The notes under the pieces: generated by a model
Databases searched by the model: none
The model's input: the letters and a program-made list of their open reading frames with translations, nothing else
What the model was told of the DNA's origin: nothing
Shown: positions 29,513 through 38,631 of the stretch, piece after piece
Numbering within the stretch: position 1 is the stretch's first letter
How the letters are laid out: each line of letters opens with the position of its first letter
Source: a virus
Taxonomy: Duplodnaviria; Caudoviricetes
Reading direction: 5' to 3' (one strand)
Length of the DNA: 64,000 nucleotides
Virus record (IMG/VR): IMGVR_UViG_3300025018_000141
Span: 1-64,000 of that record
Made by a program: the position numbers and the translations under genes

Positions 29513-30202
29513 ATGAGACTCACAGTGTCCTCAATTATGAAGAGAATAGCAAGCACAGTAAATCAGGAAGCTACTGCGCCTACTTCTGGTGGATCAGAGT
29601 TTAATCTATGGATTGAATATATTAATCGAGCCGTACATGAATGGTCAGAAGCTGCCGATTGGGAAGACTTAAGAAAGGTATATTTCCCAGCAATAACTGG
29701 AACGTCTCAAGCAACTGTTCCTATGGCTTTAGATTTTAATAAACTTGCTGGACCAGTAAAAATACATCAAGAAACATCAACTGAAAGTTGGGATGAATAC
29801 CCAGAAGTTCTTAATGAAGAAACTGGTCTTTATGACTCAACAACAAAATTCATAAAAATGCGCGGAGATATATCTGGTGGAAAAAATATATTATTTCATC
29901 CTGGAACTCTTGCGTCTGGTGCTTCTGTAGAGGTTCCATATTTCTCAATGCCCACCTCAGTTACTGCTCTTACTGATGTTCCAGTAGTTCCTGATTCACA
30001 ATTTCTTATTGATCGAACAATCTCTTATGTTCTCGAAGCTCGATCAGACGCGAGATTTCAACAAATGGAATCAAAGGCTCGAGAAAGACTTACAAATATG
30101 ATGGAAAATGCCAATGATGAAAAATTTAACTCATATACTGGTCCAAACTATGTTCCAACTTCTGTCGAGAGAAAAATGCACTTTCGTTTTGGCAGAGACT
30201 AA
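29513..30202 (+). CDS. Head-tail adaptor (podovirus-type, putative)
   Basis: Helical N-terminus YINRAVHEW, position after head module. Confidence 0.6.
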   Translation: MRLTVSSIMKRIASTVNQEATAPTSGGSEFNLWIEYINRAVHEWSEAADWEDLRKVYFPAITGTSQATVPMALDFNKLAGPVKIHQETSTESWDEYPEVLNEETGLYDSTTKFIKMRGDISGGKNILFHPGTLASGASVEVPYFSMPTSVTALTDVPVVPDSQFLIDRTISYVLEARSDARFQQMESKARERLTNMMENANDEKFNSYTGPNYVPTSVERKMHFRFGRD

Positions 30203-30225
30203 TAAAAATTAAATAATTAAAATCC

Positions 30226-32172
30226 ATGCCAATAACAGCCTTCAATCCTCCAAAATTTAAACCCCCAAAGGAATCTGTTGTTTCGTGGGAAACATGGAGA
30301 AAGGGGCTAAACCTACTTCTACGAGAAAATGAACTTGAGGGAGAGGAAATGACAAAGTGTGACAACCTTATTCTTATTGGATCGGGAGTTCCAACTAAGC
30401 GCTGGGGAAATCAAAATCACTTTTTAGCAGGACCTACTGGAGGAACAAAATTCTTGACATATATTAAAGATGCAAATGAAAACATTCAAATTATTGCATT
30501 AACCGATTGGGGCCAAATGGTAAAAAAAAGCGGAACATCTTATACTCCTTTAGTTGGGGCATCGTGGCCTTCAGGAGAAATGCCAACCGCAACTCAACTT
30601 GGAGGAAATGCATATATAGTAAGCTCGGGTAGAGAAATGGTTAGATATAACTTTTCAACTCTTGTAAACTTTGCAACAATTGCTACACCAGTAGGACTAA
30701 AAGCAACAAATATTTCTTCTGCTTCGGGATCTTCTACATGGTCATGGAGAGTAACCGCAACGGGAAAATCTGGAGGAGAAACAATAGCGTCAACAGCAGT
30801 ATCTCTTCCAACAATGCCAGATGATTTAACCAAAACAGTTGTAAAGGTTAATTGGACCGCAGTTTCTGCTGCATCTGGCGATCTTGTTGGATATAACTTA
30901 TACCGAGGATCGCCTGGAAATGAAGTGTGGATAGGGGGAGTAGAATCCAACACTACTTCATATGATGACTTAGGAATGCCGACAAATGATCCATTCAGAA
31001 CTGCACCTGTTGCCGACACTACTGGAGGGCCAAAGGCTAAATATATTATTAGATATCAAGATAGACTTATTTTGACTGGAATCCCTGGACAACCTGCCCG
31101 AGTTCTTGTATCTGGACGATATCCAGATCAAGAAAGATTTGACTGGTATGCAGGGGGCGGATATGTTGACGTTGAGCCAGACTCTGGAGAAAATATAACG
31201 GGTCTTGGAATTTATCAGGAAAAATTAGTTATCTTTAAAGAAAACTCTGTTTGGCAGATATCTCTAAATCAAATACAATTTGGATCATATCTTATTCTTG
31301 ATCCTCAATATAAACTTCTTACGGCATCACAGGGTTGTTCTTCTCATCGATCTATTGTCCCAGTTGAAAATGACTTGATGTTTGAAAATAGAAAGGGAAT
31401 TTATATTCTTAGATATGAGCCTCAACTTTTGACCATTTTAAATGCGAATGAAATTTCAGCAAAAATTCGACCATTTTTTGAAGGTTTAACCGATACAGAT
31501 TTAACAAATTGTGCAGGAGTGTATATTAATAAAAAATACATCCTTTCTTTTCCAATAAGTAAGAAAACAATCGTGTTTGATAGAGAACGACTATCGTTTA
31601 TGGGACCATGGACTACTCCATTTGGAATATCTCAATGGGTCAGATACATCGATTCATCGGGAGTTGAAAAGTGGATTGCAGCAGATTATGACGATAATTA
31701 TGTTACTGAATTTTCTGAGGATTTAAGTGATGATAAGGGAACTGCCATACAAACTTTATTTAAAACTAAACGCGAGGACTTTAAAGATTGGACAATTATG
31801 AAAACAATTAATGAAATGTATATGTCTTTCCAGTCTATAAAAGGGAGCGTCTCTATAAATATTTATATTGAAGATAGAGAGGGATCCACTGTCACAGCAA
31901 GAGCGTTTACTTTATCTGAATCGGGAAGCTCGGGAACCTCAGGGCTTGGAACAGACCCAATAGGACTGTCTGGTGTAGGTGTATCGAATAATAATCCAAC
32001 TGCAATAAACTTTAATATTCAAAAAAAGGCATTTCTTTATAAGTCTTCTCGAGTATTTCAGGTAGAAATACGAACAGTAAATTCGGCAGATAATTATGAA
32101 CTACTTGCCATAAAGACTGTTGGAATCCCGCAAAGTCGCGGAAATTCACCTTCGAGTTGGAATGTGTCTTGA
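30226..32172 (+). CDS. Tail nozzle/stabilisation protein (beta-propeller, P22 gp10-like, putative)
   Basis: 648 aa beta-rich; ITGLGIYQEKLVIFKE, GCSSHRSIV. Confidence 0.65.
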   Translation: MPITAFNPPKFKPPKESVVSWETWRKGLNLLLRENELEGEEMTKCDNLILIGSGVPTKRWGNQNHFLAGPTGGTKFLTYIKDANENIQIIALTDWGQMVKKSGTSYTPLVGASWPSGEMPTATQLGGNAYIVSSGREMVRYNFSTLVNFATIATPVGLKATNISSASGSSTWSWRVTATGKSGGETIASTAVSLPTMPDDLTKTVVKVNWTAVSAASGDLVGYNLYRGSPGNEVWIGGVESNTTSYDDLGMPTNDPFRTAPVADTTGGPKAKYIIRYQDRLILTGIPGQPARVLVSGRYPDQERFDWYAGGGYVDVEPDSGENITGLGIYQEKLVIFKENSVWQISLNQIQFGSYLILDPQYKLLTASQGCSSHRSIVPVENDLMFENRKGIYILRYEPQLLTILNANEISAKIRPFFEGLTDTDLTNCAGVYINKKYILSFPISKKTIVFDRERLSFMGPWTTPFGISQWVRYIDSSGVEKWIAADYDDNYVTEFSEDLSDDKGTAIQTLFKTKREDFKDWTIMKTINEMYMSFQSIKGSVSINIYIEDREGSTVTARAFTLSESGSSGTSGLGTDPIGLSGVGVSNNNPTAINFNIQKKAFLYKSSRVFQVEIRTVNSADNYELLAIKTVGIPQSRGNSPSSWNVS

Positions 32173-32198
32173 CAAACGTTTTTTTAGTTCATTACTAT
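32169..32198 (+). promoter_or_regulatory. Promoter, 18-bp spacer
   Basis: TTGACA 32169-32174, TACTAT 32193-32198. Confidence 0.7.
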
Positions 32199-32216
32199 TA
32201 TTTTATAGTCAATTAA

Positions 32217-32266
32217 GATTAACACAATCATTTGACCGTCACTCTTTATTTGGACGGTCTTTTTTT
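32217..32266 (+). terminator. Leader mini-hairpin + terminator before tail fibre gene
   Basis: GATT-AACAC-AATC, ATTTG, ACCGTC-12-GACGGT, CT7. Confidence 0.75.
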
Positions 32267-32274
32267 ATACGCTT

Positions 32275-33159
32275 ATGACAGCATTTTTGTGGAAGGTATC
32301 AACAATCAATGGATTTAATTCAACACTAAATGGAAGTATCAACGACTCAGATACAACTATTACTTTATCTGCAACTACGGGTCTTCAGGCTCCTGGTATT
32401 CTTGTAATAGATCGCGTGGACTCTACTGACACTTCGACTCCATCGCTTAGAGAATATGTTTCCTTTACAGGAATAAGTTCAAATCAAATTACTGGAGTAA
32501 CAAGAGCAAGAGCCTCATCTACCGCACAATCACATAATTCTGGAGCAAAAGTAGAAGAAGTAATATCTGCAACACATTGGGGAGACTTTTATGATTGGGC
32601 AATAGCGGAACACGGTACTGATGGAACTCATAAAGCTGATGCAATAAATGCTATAACGGAAATTGCAACTGCGATAAAGTCTGGTGCTGACGCAAAACTT
32701 ATAACTGGTACTGCTGGTACATCGGGTGATATGCCTATATGGAATGCAGATGGTGATATTGTAGATGGACCAACTCCACCAACAGGTGCTATAGTTGGGA
32801 CAACTGATACGCAAACCTTAACCAACAAACGTATCACACCACGAACAGGGACAACCACATCTCACGCAACCCCAACAATAAACACAGACAATGTAGATTT
32901 CTACTCCATAACAGCACAGACCGAGGCAATAACCTCGATGACAACCAATTTGTCAGGTACTCCAACGAATTTTCAGTCACTTGTTATTCGTATAAAAGAT
33001 GACGGAACAGCACGGGCTATCACATGGGGAGCTAGTTTTGAAGCTAAAGGATCACCGCTCCCGACTACAACTGTTTTGGGGAAAGTATTAACAGTCGGAT
33101 TTATGTATGACACCGTAACCTCTAAATGGGGTTGTCTAGCAGTTCAAAACGAAGCGTAA
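32275..33159 (+). CDS. Tail fibre/spike protein (putative)
   Basis: Thr/Gly-rich; VSFTGISSNQITGVTRA..GAKVE, TDTQTLTNK. Confidence 0.7.
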   Translation: MTAFLWKVSTINGFNSTLNGSINDSDTTITLSATTGLQAPGILVIDRVDSTDTSTPSLREYVSFTGISSNQITGVTRARASSTAQSHNSGAKVEEVISATHWGDFYDWAIAEHGTDGTHKADAINAITEIATAIKSGADAKLITGTAGTSGDMPIWNADGDIVDGPTPPTGAIVGTTDTQTLTNKRITPRTGTTTSHATPTINTDNVDFYSITAQTEAITSMTTNLSGTPTNFQSLVIRIKDDGTARAITWGASFEAKGSPLPTTTVLGKVLTVGFMYDTVTSKWGCLAVQNEA

Positions 33160-33162
33160 CCT

Positions 33163-33840
33163 ATGGCACTTACTGATAATTTAGTCTCATATTACAAACT
33201 TGAAGGAAACTCAACGGATAGTGTTGGGAGTAATAACGGAACGGATACATCAATCACATACAGTCATGCAAACGGTAAAGTATTACAAGGTGCAGGATTT
33301 GGCGGTGCATCAAAGATTTCTCTTGGAACAAGTTCAACTCTTAATCCCGCAGCACTCACCATCACAGCATGGGTAAAGGCTTCATCTTTTGCAAACGCTT
33401 ATAACGCTGTTTATGCTCGTACAACCGATGCTGACGGATTAAAATTTAATTTGCTTTCTGTTAAGACAGACGGAAGAATAGCTGTTTATTTCAGCGGTAC
33501 AGGCGGAACAATATCATCAGATGGACCAAGTACAACAGCTATATCAACTGGTACTTGGTATTTATTAACTATGACATATAGCACCACAGCGGGACTCATC
33601 ATATATATAAATGCTGAAGTTGATAATTCTGTTGCCGCAAATGGAACTCTAGCGACTATTACAGGTACATCATATATTGGAGAAGATGCCTATTATACCC
33701 CCCGATTCTGGAACGGTGCAATAGATGAGGTTGGTGTTTGGAGTCGTGTACTCACTCCAACAGAAATAACTCAGTTATATAACTATGGAGCAGGACTAAC
33801 GTATCCATTCACTTCATCTTCATTTTTAGCATTTATGTAA
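33163..33840 (+). CDS. LamG/concanavalin A-like lectin domain virion protein
   Basis: LTITAWVK, WYLLTMTY, GAIDEVGVWSRVLT. Confidence 0.88.
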   Translation: MALTDNLVSYYKLEGNSTDSVGSNNGTDTSITYSHANGKVLQGAGFGGASKISLGTSSTLNPAALTITAWVKASSFANAYNAVYARTTDADGLKFNLLSVKTDGRIAVYFSGTGGTISSDGPSTTAISTGTWYLLTMTYSTTAGLIIYINAEVDNSVAANGTLATITGTSYIGEDAYYTPRFWNGAIDEVGVWSRVLTPTEITQLYNYGAGLTYPFTSSSFLAFM

Positions 33841-33846
33841 CTTTAT

Positions 33847-34587
33847 ATGAATATAATCCAAGACCAATCACCAAACAAAACTATAGGACGTGCAGGGAAG
33901 ACAATCTCAACAATCGTACTTCATTCGACATACGGCTCATATTGGGGATCAGTCGCATGGCTCAAAAACCCAACTGCTAAAGTCTCATCCCACTACATCA
34001 TAAGTCGAGAGGGTGAGATAAGAAAATTGGTAAGTGAAGCAAATACCGCATGGCACGCTGGAAACTTGTCAGTCAATCAGGAGAGTATCGGGATTGAGAC
34101 GGCTGACGACAAATCAAAAGATATTACACAAAAAGCAAAGGACGCTCTCATCTGGTTAGTGGCAGATATTAAAAAAAGATACACCATTCAAAGTATTAAA
34201 TTTCATCGAGAGATTGTGTCTACCGCTTGCCCGTATTTGAATATAGATAAGGCATGGTTTGTGGCACTTGATCCTCTTACTGAATGCTTACGCCAACATA
34301 CAGAATTAGTTTCTGAAGTCAATGAACTAAAAATAAAACTAGACCAACAGAAACTTGACTTTGAAGCGACAGAGAAACGACTTGTGGCTGAGAAGGATGG
34401 AATTGTAAGAGAAAAAGACGCTGTCATCGTGGGGCTCAATAATAAGCTAAAGGTACAACAGGTGCAAATTGATGGTTTCCAAAGTGAGATAGTATCCAAA
34501 AAATCAGAGTGGGCGCTAGAGTGCCAAAACGAAAAGAAGGAATTAGTTAATAAAATTAGTGAGTATTCAAAAACACTTATAACATGA
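33847..34587 (+). CDS. N-acetylmuramoyl-L-alanine amidase (endolysin) with coiled-coil tail
   Basis: IVLHST, VSSHY, AWHAG, SIGIE, HRE..TACP. Confidence 0.9.
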   Translation: MNIIQDQSPNKTIGRAGKTISTIVLHSTYGSYWGSVAWLKNPTAKVSSHYIISREGEIRKLVSEANTAWHAGNLSVNQESIGIETADDKSKDITQKAKDALIWLVADIKKRYTIQSIKFHREIVSTACPYLNIDKAWFVALDPLTECLRQHTELVSEVNELKIKLDQQKLDFEATEKRLVAEKDGIVREKDAVIVGLNNKLKVQQVQIDGFQSEIVSKKSEWALECQNEKKELVNKISEYSKTLIT

Positions 34588-34721
34588 CAAAATACAAACA
34601 AGAAGTTGAGCGATTAAATCATCTTATTGATACAAAGTACGTGCAAAAAGCACGAAGTAAAATAGTTTGTGCGCTTTATAATGTAGCACTCGACATTGAA
34701 AAATATTTTCAGAAAAAATGA
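34584..34721 (+). CDS. Small protein, 45 aa (not in ORF track)
   Basis: ATGA overlaps at both ends; MTKYKQEVERLNHL... Confidence 0.5.
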   Translation: MTKYKQEVERLNHLIDTKYVQKARSKIVCALYNVALDIEKYFQKK

Positions 34722-35017
34722 GCAAAGAATATTACAGACACACAAAGAGGAATGATGACATGGGAGGATTGCCAAAATGGAGAGTGGACAATCTCTATAC
34801 TTTTATTGCATCCATAATAACGATGACCATGACCATTGCAGGATTTTATTTTGCAATGGTAAATAGACTTAATATCATCGAGCAGAAGCAAAACTACACC
34901 AATGAACAGTTTGCTGAACTTAATATTTCTCTGAAAGAACGAAGGGCATTGAATAATGATACAAGAGAACGGGTTATTACGCTAGAATCTGAAGTTAAAG
35001 AATTAAAATCGAATTAA
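34718..35017 (+). CDS. Single-TM coiled-coil protein (lysis-associated, putative)
   Basis: One hydrophobic helix followed by a coiled coil; next to endolysin. Confidence 0.55.
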   Translation: MSKEYYRHTKRNDDMGGLPKWRVDNLYTFIASIITMTMTIAGFYFAMVNRLNIIEQKQNYTNEQFAELNISLKERRALNNDTRERVITLESEVKELKSN

Positions 35018-35035
35018 AAATTATAATCAAAAATC

Positions 35036-35227
35036 ATGAATAGAGCAAAAGCGATCAACGTCGCAAAATACGCAGGAACCAGTATCACGCTTGGCACTGC
35101 AATTACTGCAATCATCATATTCGCATTTCCAAACCTCAAGGAGATAAGTGAGGCTATTTCAGCACTTGTCATCTTTGGAGTGAACTTGGGACTTGTGTGG
35201 AGTGGTGTATTATCAGATAGTGAGTGA
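35036..35227 (+). CDS. Holin-like two-TM protein
   Basis: Two hydrophobic segments in 63 aa. Confidence 0.55.
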   Translation: MNRAKAINVAKYAGTSITLGTAITAIIIFAFPNLKEISEAISALVIFGVNLGLVWSGVLSDSE

Positions 35228-35273
35228 TATAATAAAATTCATAGGTACTGAGCATAATACCATTATTCAAAAT

Positions 35274-35386
35274 GTACCAGCTGTCAAGCCTCTGCTGTCA
35301 GACAAGCTTGGTGCTATAAGGAGATATCCTGATCTAACCTTCCTCCCCGATGCATAGAGTGCAACCGATGGTATCGGTGGGGAGGA
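35274..35386 (+). ncRNA. Structured intergenic RNA candidate
   Basis: Extended -10 TGA-TATAAT at 35225-35233; hairpin 35274-35314; three-way junction 35341-35386. Confidence 0.35.
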
Positions 35387-35429
35387 TGTAATAAAATCTA
35401 TGCAATAATAGTTAAACCTATGTAAATCT

Positions 35430-35642
35430 ATGTCAGAAATGGATTACAGCTACGTACCGCCAGTCAAAGAATTTCAAAACGAGCAAGGATTTTGGGAAGC
35501 AGTAGCCCCTGCGCTACTCTTTCTTCCTATTGATGAGGTAATCAATGTTGCCGCATCTGTTGGAGCGTGGGATATCCAAAAACAAGCGCTTAAGGATAAA
35601 GGATATCTTACAGGAACTATGCAAACACCAGATATCATATAA
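35430..35642 (+). CDS. Hypothetical protein
   Basis: 70-aa ORF. Confidence 0.45.
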   Translation: MSEMDYSYVPPVKEFQNEQGFWEAVAPALLFLPIDEVINVAASVGAWDIQKQALKDKGYLTGTMQTPDII

Positions 35643-35646
35643 GATT

Positions 35647-35835
35647 ATGGAACGCTTTACCCCTACTCAAAAAGAAGAAGCTATAAAATACGGTGGTTCT
35701 GATTTTGATGAGTGGGAGGAATACCTAAAAGTACCTGATCCTAATTACTGCGATAAATTGAACCATGCCGAGAGATCAATGGCTAATGATAACGGGCAAC
35801 ATCAAGAGCATTGGAAAAATGAAATAAAACAATAA
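35647..35835 (+). CDS. Hypothetical protein
   Basis: ATG 35647, 4 nt after the preceding stop. Confidence 0.45.
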   Translation: MERFTPTQKEEAIKYGGSDFDEWEEYLKVPDPNYCDKLNHAERSMANDNGQHQEHWKNEIKQ

Positions 35836-35911
35836 GTCTGCCTAGAATCTGCCTAAACCTACCTAAGATTCATAACCTCTTCACCAAACAAAATTCAAAA
35901 CCTCCCGTGAC

Positions 35912-36115
35912 TTAATAATTAAAACTGTTTATCTCATAATCCCTTTTACATTCTGAACTGCATGTTTTTCCACTACCAGTCTTGATTCTGGCAATTGTTT
36001 TCCATGCAAATTCACCACACGACCTACACTTTATTTTCCCTAAAAGCGCCCTAGCTATTTTTTTCGTTGCGTATATCTTGATGCCATTTATTTGCATACT
36101 AGTTTTCCATATCAA
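35912..36115 (-). CDS. Small Zn-finger protein (endonuclease-type finger)
   Basis: CRSCG...KTCSSEC. Confidence 0.5.
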   Translation of the reverse strand: MIWKTSMQINGIKIYATKKIARALLGKIKCRSCGEFAWKTIARIKTGSGKTCSSECKRDYEINSFNY

Positions 36116-36164
36116 GCTGATAATTCACTCCCACCTACTCCATAACGGAGTAAGTGGCAAAAAA

Positions 36165-36404
36165 TTACTTTACTGCTTCATCTCGATATTGTTCTGGTAA
36201 TTCGCTACCAATCTCCTCAAGAACTTTTCCAGCCCACATCTTTCCTTCTTGTAATTTCGTTACGACAAGACTTATTTCACGACCCCCACCACCATGACCT
36301 GCCTTTCCCTGAAGCGCCTGTGCGCTTTTTATAACAGCATCGACTGCTTTTCTGAAAGCATGTATCTCGTCCGTTTGTAAATTACTTGGGTTTCTGTCAT
36401 CCAT
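36165..36404 (-). CDS. Acb2/Tad1-like helical protein (putative immune-signal sponge)
   Basis: REISLVVTKLQEGKMWAGK resembles the conserved helix of the Acb2/Tad1 family. Confidence 0.5.
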   Translation of the reverse strand: MDDRNPSNLQTDEIHAFRKAVDAVIKSAQALQGKAGHGGGGREISLVVTKLQEGKMWAGKVLEEIGSELPEQYRDEAVK

Positions 36405-36814
36405 TATTTTCCACCTCCTTTCTTTTTCTTAACTTTTGATTCATTCATAAATCGCCATAATGTTTTAAACCAATACTCAACATAATACGCAAATGCTTCT
36501 TGAGATGATTTATGAGTGTCTATTGTTAGCCCTTTATTCTCAAAAGTATCTATGACCATGTGAGTGACTTCGTGCAATAAACAATAGAAATCCTTTTTAC
36601 TCTTGACCCATATATAGTATGAATATCCCCTAACTATTTTTGGGAAATCTTTTTCATATAAAGGTAGCGCAACACCTATGGTATTTACTAAATCTTCTGA
36701 AATTAAGGGTAGTCCCCATTTTTTCAGTGCTTTATTTGCTTCATCAAAAGTGCAATCCGTTATAAAAACCATTTCAAATTTATAGACTGGCTCAAAAAAC
36801 TTTTTTATTTTCAT
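36404..36814 (-). CDS. HExxH zinc metallopeptidase-like protein
   Basis: LLHEVTH...QEAFAY. Confidence 0.6.
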   Translation of the reverse strand: MKIKKFFEPVYKFEMVFITDCTFDEANKALKKWGLPLISEDLVNTIGVALPLYEKDFPKIVRGYSYYIWVKSKKDFYCLLHEVTHMVIDTFENKGLTIDTHKSSQEAFAYYVEYWFKTLWRFMNESKVKKKKGGGK

Positions 36815-36820
36815 ATATTT

Positions 36821-37090
36821 TTAATTATCATATTCGCCATCTTGCATTTTTCTATCAATTTCCAACAAATCAGTATGTAATTTCATTTTGGGAGCATCAA
36901 AACTATTTTTATGAAAGTCATGGTAACGATAGTTAATAGCTTTATTTAGTAACTCGGCTAAATCCAGACACAAAGCTTTATGGTTTACATCTTTTGAGTA
37001 ATCGGCATTTTCTAAATTCTCAATCACTTTTTTTAAGTAATCATCAATTTTATTCATATTAGTATTAAATTTATAAGCTACACACATCAT
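36821..37090 (-). CDS. Hypothetical protein
   Basis: Packed ORF in leftward cluster. Confidence 0.55.
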   Translation of the reverse strand: MMCVAYKFNTNMNKIDDYLKKVIENLENADYSKDVNHKALCLDLAELLNKAINYRYHDFHKNSFDAPKMKLHTDLLEIDRKMQDGEYDN

Positions 37091-37098
37091 ATTTTGGG

Positions 37099-37647
37099 TT
37101 ATAAATCATCTATTTTTATTACTTTCTTATCTTTATTTAAAAGTATAATCTCTCCAGTATTCCTTTCTGCAACAGCATATAGATTAGCTGTCTTCCTTAA
37201 TGTTTGTTCAAATGTTAGTCTATTATTTTTTCCTCTATATCCAGTTCTTATTTCTATCTGATAAAGATTCCCATTTCTTTCAGCTATTACATCGCAGTAA
37301 CAATGAGGAGACAATGCACGAAAAACATTAAATTTATTTTTTAATAAATAAGTTGATACTTCAAGTTCTGAAATAGATCCGACAGTTCCAGGGGCTATTC
37401 CTCTATTTGTGTAAACCTTTCTTCCATAAGTAGATTGACTACATTCGTTTGAACAATACTTTTGACTATCTATATAGCTTTTATATTCTTTATTGCAGAC
37501 TTCACATTTTTTTAACTTTGTTCTATCAACTCTCCATTGACATTGTTTTGAACATGCGGTTTTTTCTTTAAAAATAGTTGTGAAATATCTTCCGCATATA
37601 GGGCAATTTATTTTATATCTTGGATATTTTATTATTTTTGTATTCAT
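37099..37647 (-). CDS. Zn-finger + PD-(D/E)XK endonuclease
   Basis: Two CxxC..CSxxC fingers; CDVIAER..YQIEIRTG. Confidence 0.75.
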   Translation of the reverse strand: MNTKIIKYPRYKINCPICGRYFTTIFKEKTACSKQCQWRVDRTKLKKCEVCNKEYKSYIDSQKYCSNECSQSTYGRKVYTNRGIAPGTVGSISELEVSTYLLKNKFNVFRALSPHCYCDVIAERNGNLYQIEIRTGYRGKNNRLTFEQTLRKTANLYAVAERNTGEIILLNKDKKVIKIDDL

Positions 37648-37654
37648 TAACCAT

Positions 37655-37683
37655 AGAATACACCTATTCTACTGTCTTGTCAA
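37655..37683 (-). promoter_or_regulatory. Promoter for leaderless mRNA
   Basis: TTGACA-17-TATTCT-7 nt-ATG. Confidence 0.65.
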
Positions 37684-37743
37684 TAACAGAACTCATTCTA
37701 CGTCTAAAAGATCACGTTCTGGGGAGGGGAGAGCCACTATATC

Positions 37744-37923
37744 TTAACAACACCCCATATTGCAATTACCATTAACATCTATCGAATGTTCTTTAGGTCT
37801 GTCTACGTGATTTTCTACTTTGTCGCATACTTCACAAATACCCATATAATTTACAGGTTTGTGTGTTTCACATCCAGTACAATTTCCTCGTTCATAAATA
37901 TAAAGTTCGCGGTTGTTTTTCAT
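37744..37923 (-). CDS. Small Cys-rich protein, 59 aa (not in ORF track)
   Basis: SD GAAAGGG; CTGC...CEVC...CNMGCC; TGA-TATAAT upstream (37960-37968). Confidence 0.6.
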   Translation of the reverse strand: MKNNRELYIYERGNCTGCETHKPVNYMGICEVCDKVENHVDRPKEHSIDVNGNCNMGCC

Positions 37924-37991
37924 ATAATCCCTTTCTTTTTACAATTTATAATATGTTTAATTATATCATTGTTTCCATTTTAAAAAAAGAG

Positions 37992-38021
37992 TTGACAAAG
38001 TATAAATTAGTCTGTTTTAAT
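37992..38021 (+). promoter_or_regulatory. Promoter (weaker -10), 18-bp spacer
   Basis: TTGACA 37992-37997, TTTAAT 38016-38021. Confidence 0.45.
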
Positions 38022-38031
38022 GTTTACATAG

Positions 38032-38092
38032 GTAACACATACACACATTGTCAGTTACTACCAGCCACCAAAATAATCTAGGTGGCTTTTTT
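38032..38092 (+). terminator. ACAC-loop hairpin + terminator in leader
   Basis: GTAAC...ACACAC...GTTAC; AGCCACC-11-GGTGGCT, T-run. Confidence 0.65.
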
Positions 38093-38109
38093 ATTATTTA
38101 CTTTTTGAA

Positions 38110-38505
38110 ATGGATAATCAACCAACAGAAAACCCCTTTGCGGGCATGATGGCTGCAATGAGAAGATCACAATCACAACAAGCACCACAAGGAGCAGGTG
38201 GAGGAATGCCAATGCAAGGACAAGCTCCACAAGGGCCAGAAGTGCCGCCAGAAGATAATCAGTTCATGAGGGGACAGGGCGCGGGAAATTCACAATTTCT
38301 TATTGGAGCGGTACAGCAATTACAGAAATATATAACTAATTCTACTGATCCAACAGAAATCCAGATCGCAAGAAATATTGTTATGCTTTTGAATAAACTA
38401 GTCGAAAAAGAGCAAGAAGCAAAGGTTTCTGAAATAGGAGAATTAGGACAAGGTATGCAAGAAGCACCTATGTCGCCACCCCCACAACAGGGATTTGGTG
38501 GATAA
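38110..38505 (+). CDS. Q/G/P-rich small internal virion protein (putative)
   Basis: Low-complexity ends, helical core; heads the ejection module. Confidence 0.55.
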   Translation: MDNQPTENPFAGMMAAMRRSQSQQAPQGAGGGMPMQGQAPQGPEVPPEDNQFMRGQGAGNSQFLIGAVQQLQKYITNSTDPTEIQIARNIVMLLNKLVEKEQEAKVSEIGELGQGMQEAPMSPPPQQGFGG

Positions 38506-38510
38506 AACAC

Positions 38511-38540
38511 TTGACAAACAAAAAGATAGTTCTTTACTAT
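38511..38540 (+). promoter_or_regulatory. Promoter, 18-bp spacer
   Basis: TTGACA 38511-38516, TACTAT 38535-38540. Confidence 0.7.
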
Positions 38541-38578
38541 TAGAGTAAAAGAATTTTATTACACAAAATAGTTAGGTA

Positions 38579-38628
38579 GCGAAACGTTCGCATTTAACCA
38601 TCCGAAGAAAAAGGGGTGGATTTTTTTT
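38579..38628 (+). terminator. Hairpin + ATTTA + terminator in leader
   Basis: GCGAA-ACG-TTCGC, ATTTAA, CCATCC-10-GGGTGG, T8. Confidence 0.55.
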
Positions 38629-38631
38629 GCC

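Noticed and set aside
34560-34721. Programmed frameshift extending the amidase
   Set aside because: No X XXY YYZ slippery site in frame; an ATGA-coupled small gene is the simpler reading
35330-35390. Hammerhead ribozyme
   Set aside because: The three-way junction lacks the CUGAnGA and GAAA core
35836-35872. Short CT(G/A)CCTA repeats at a convergent gene junction
   Set aside because: Only three degenerate 7-mers; not enough for iterons or an array
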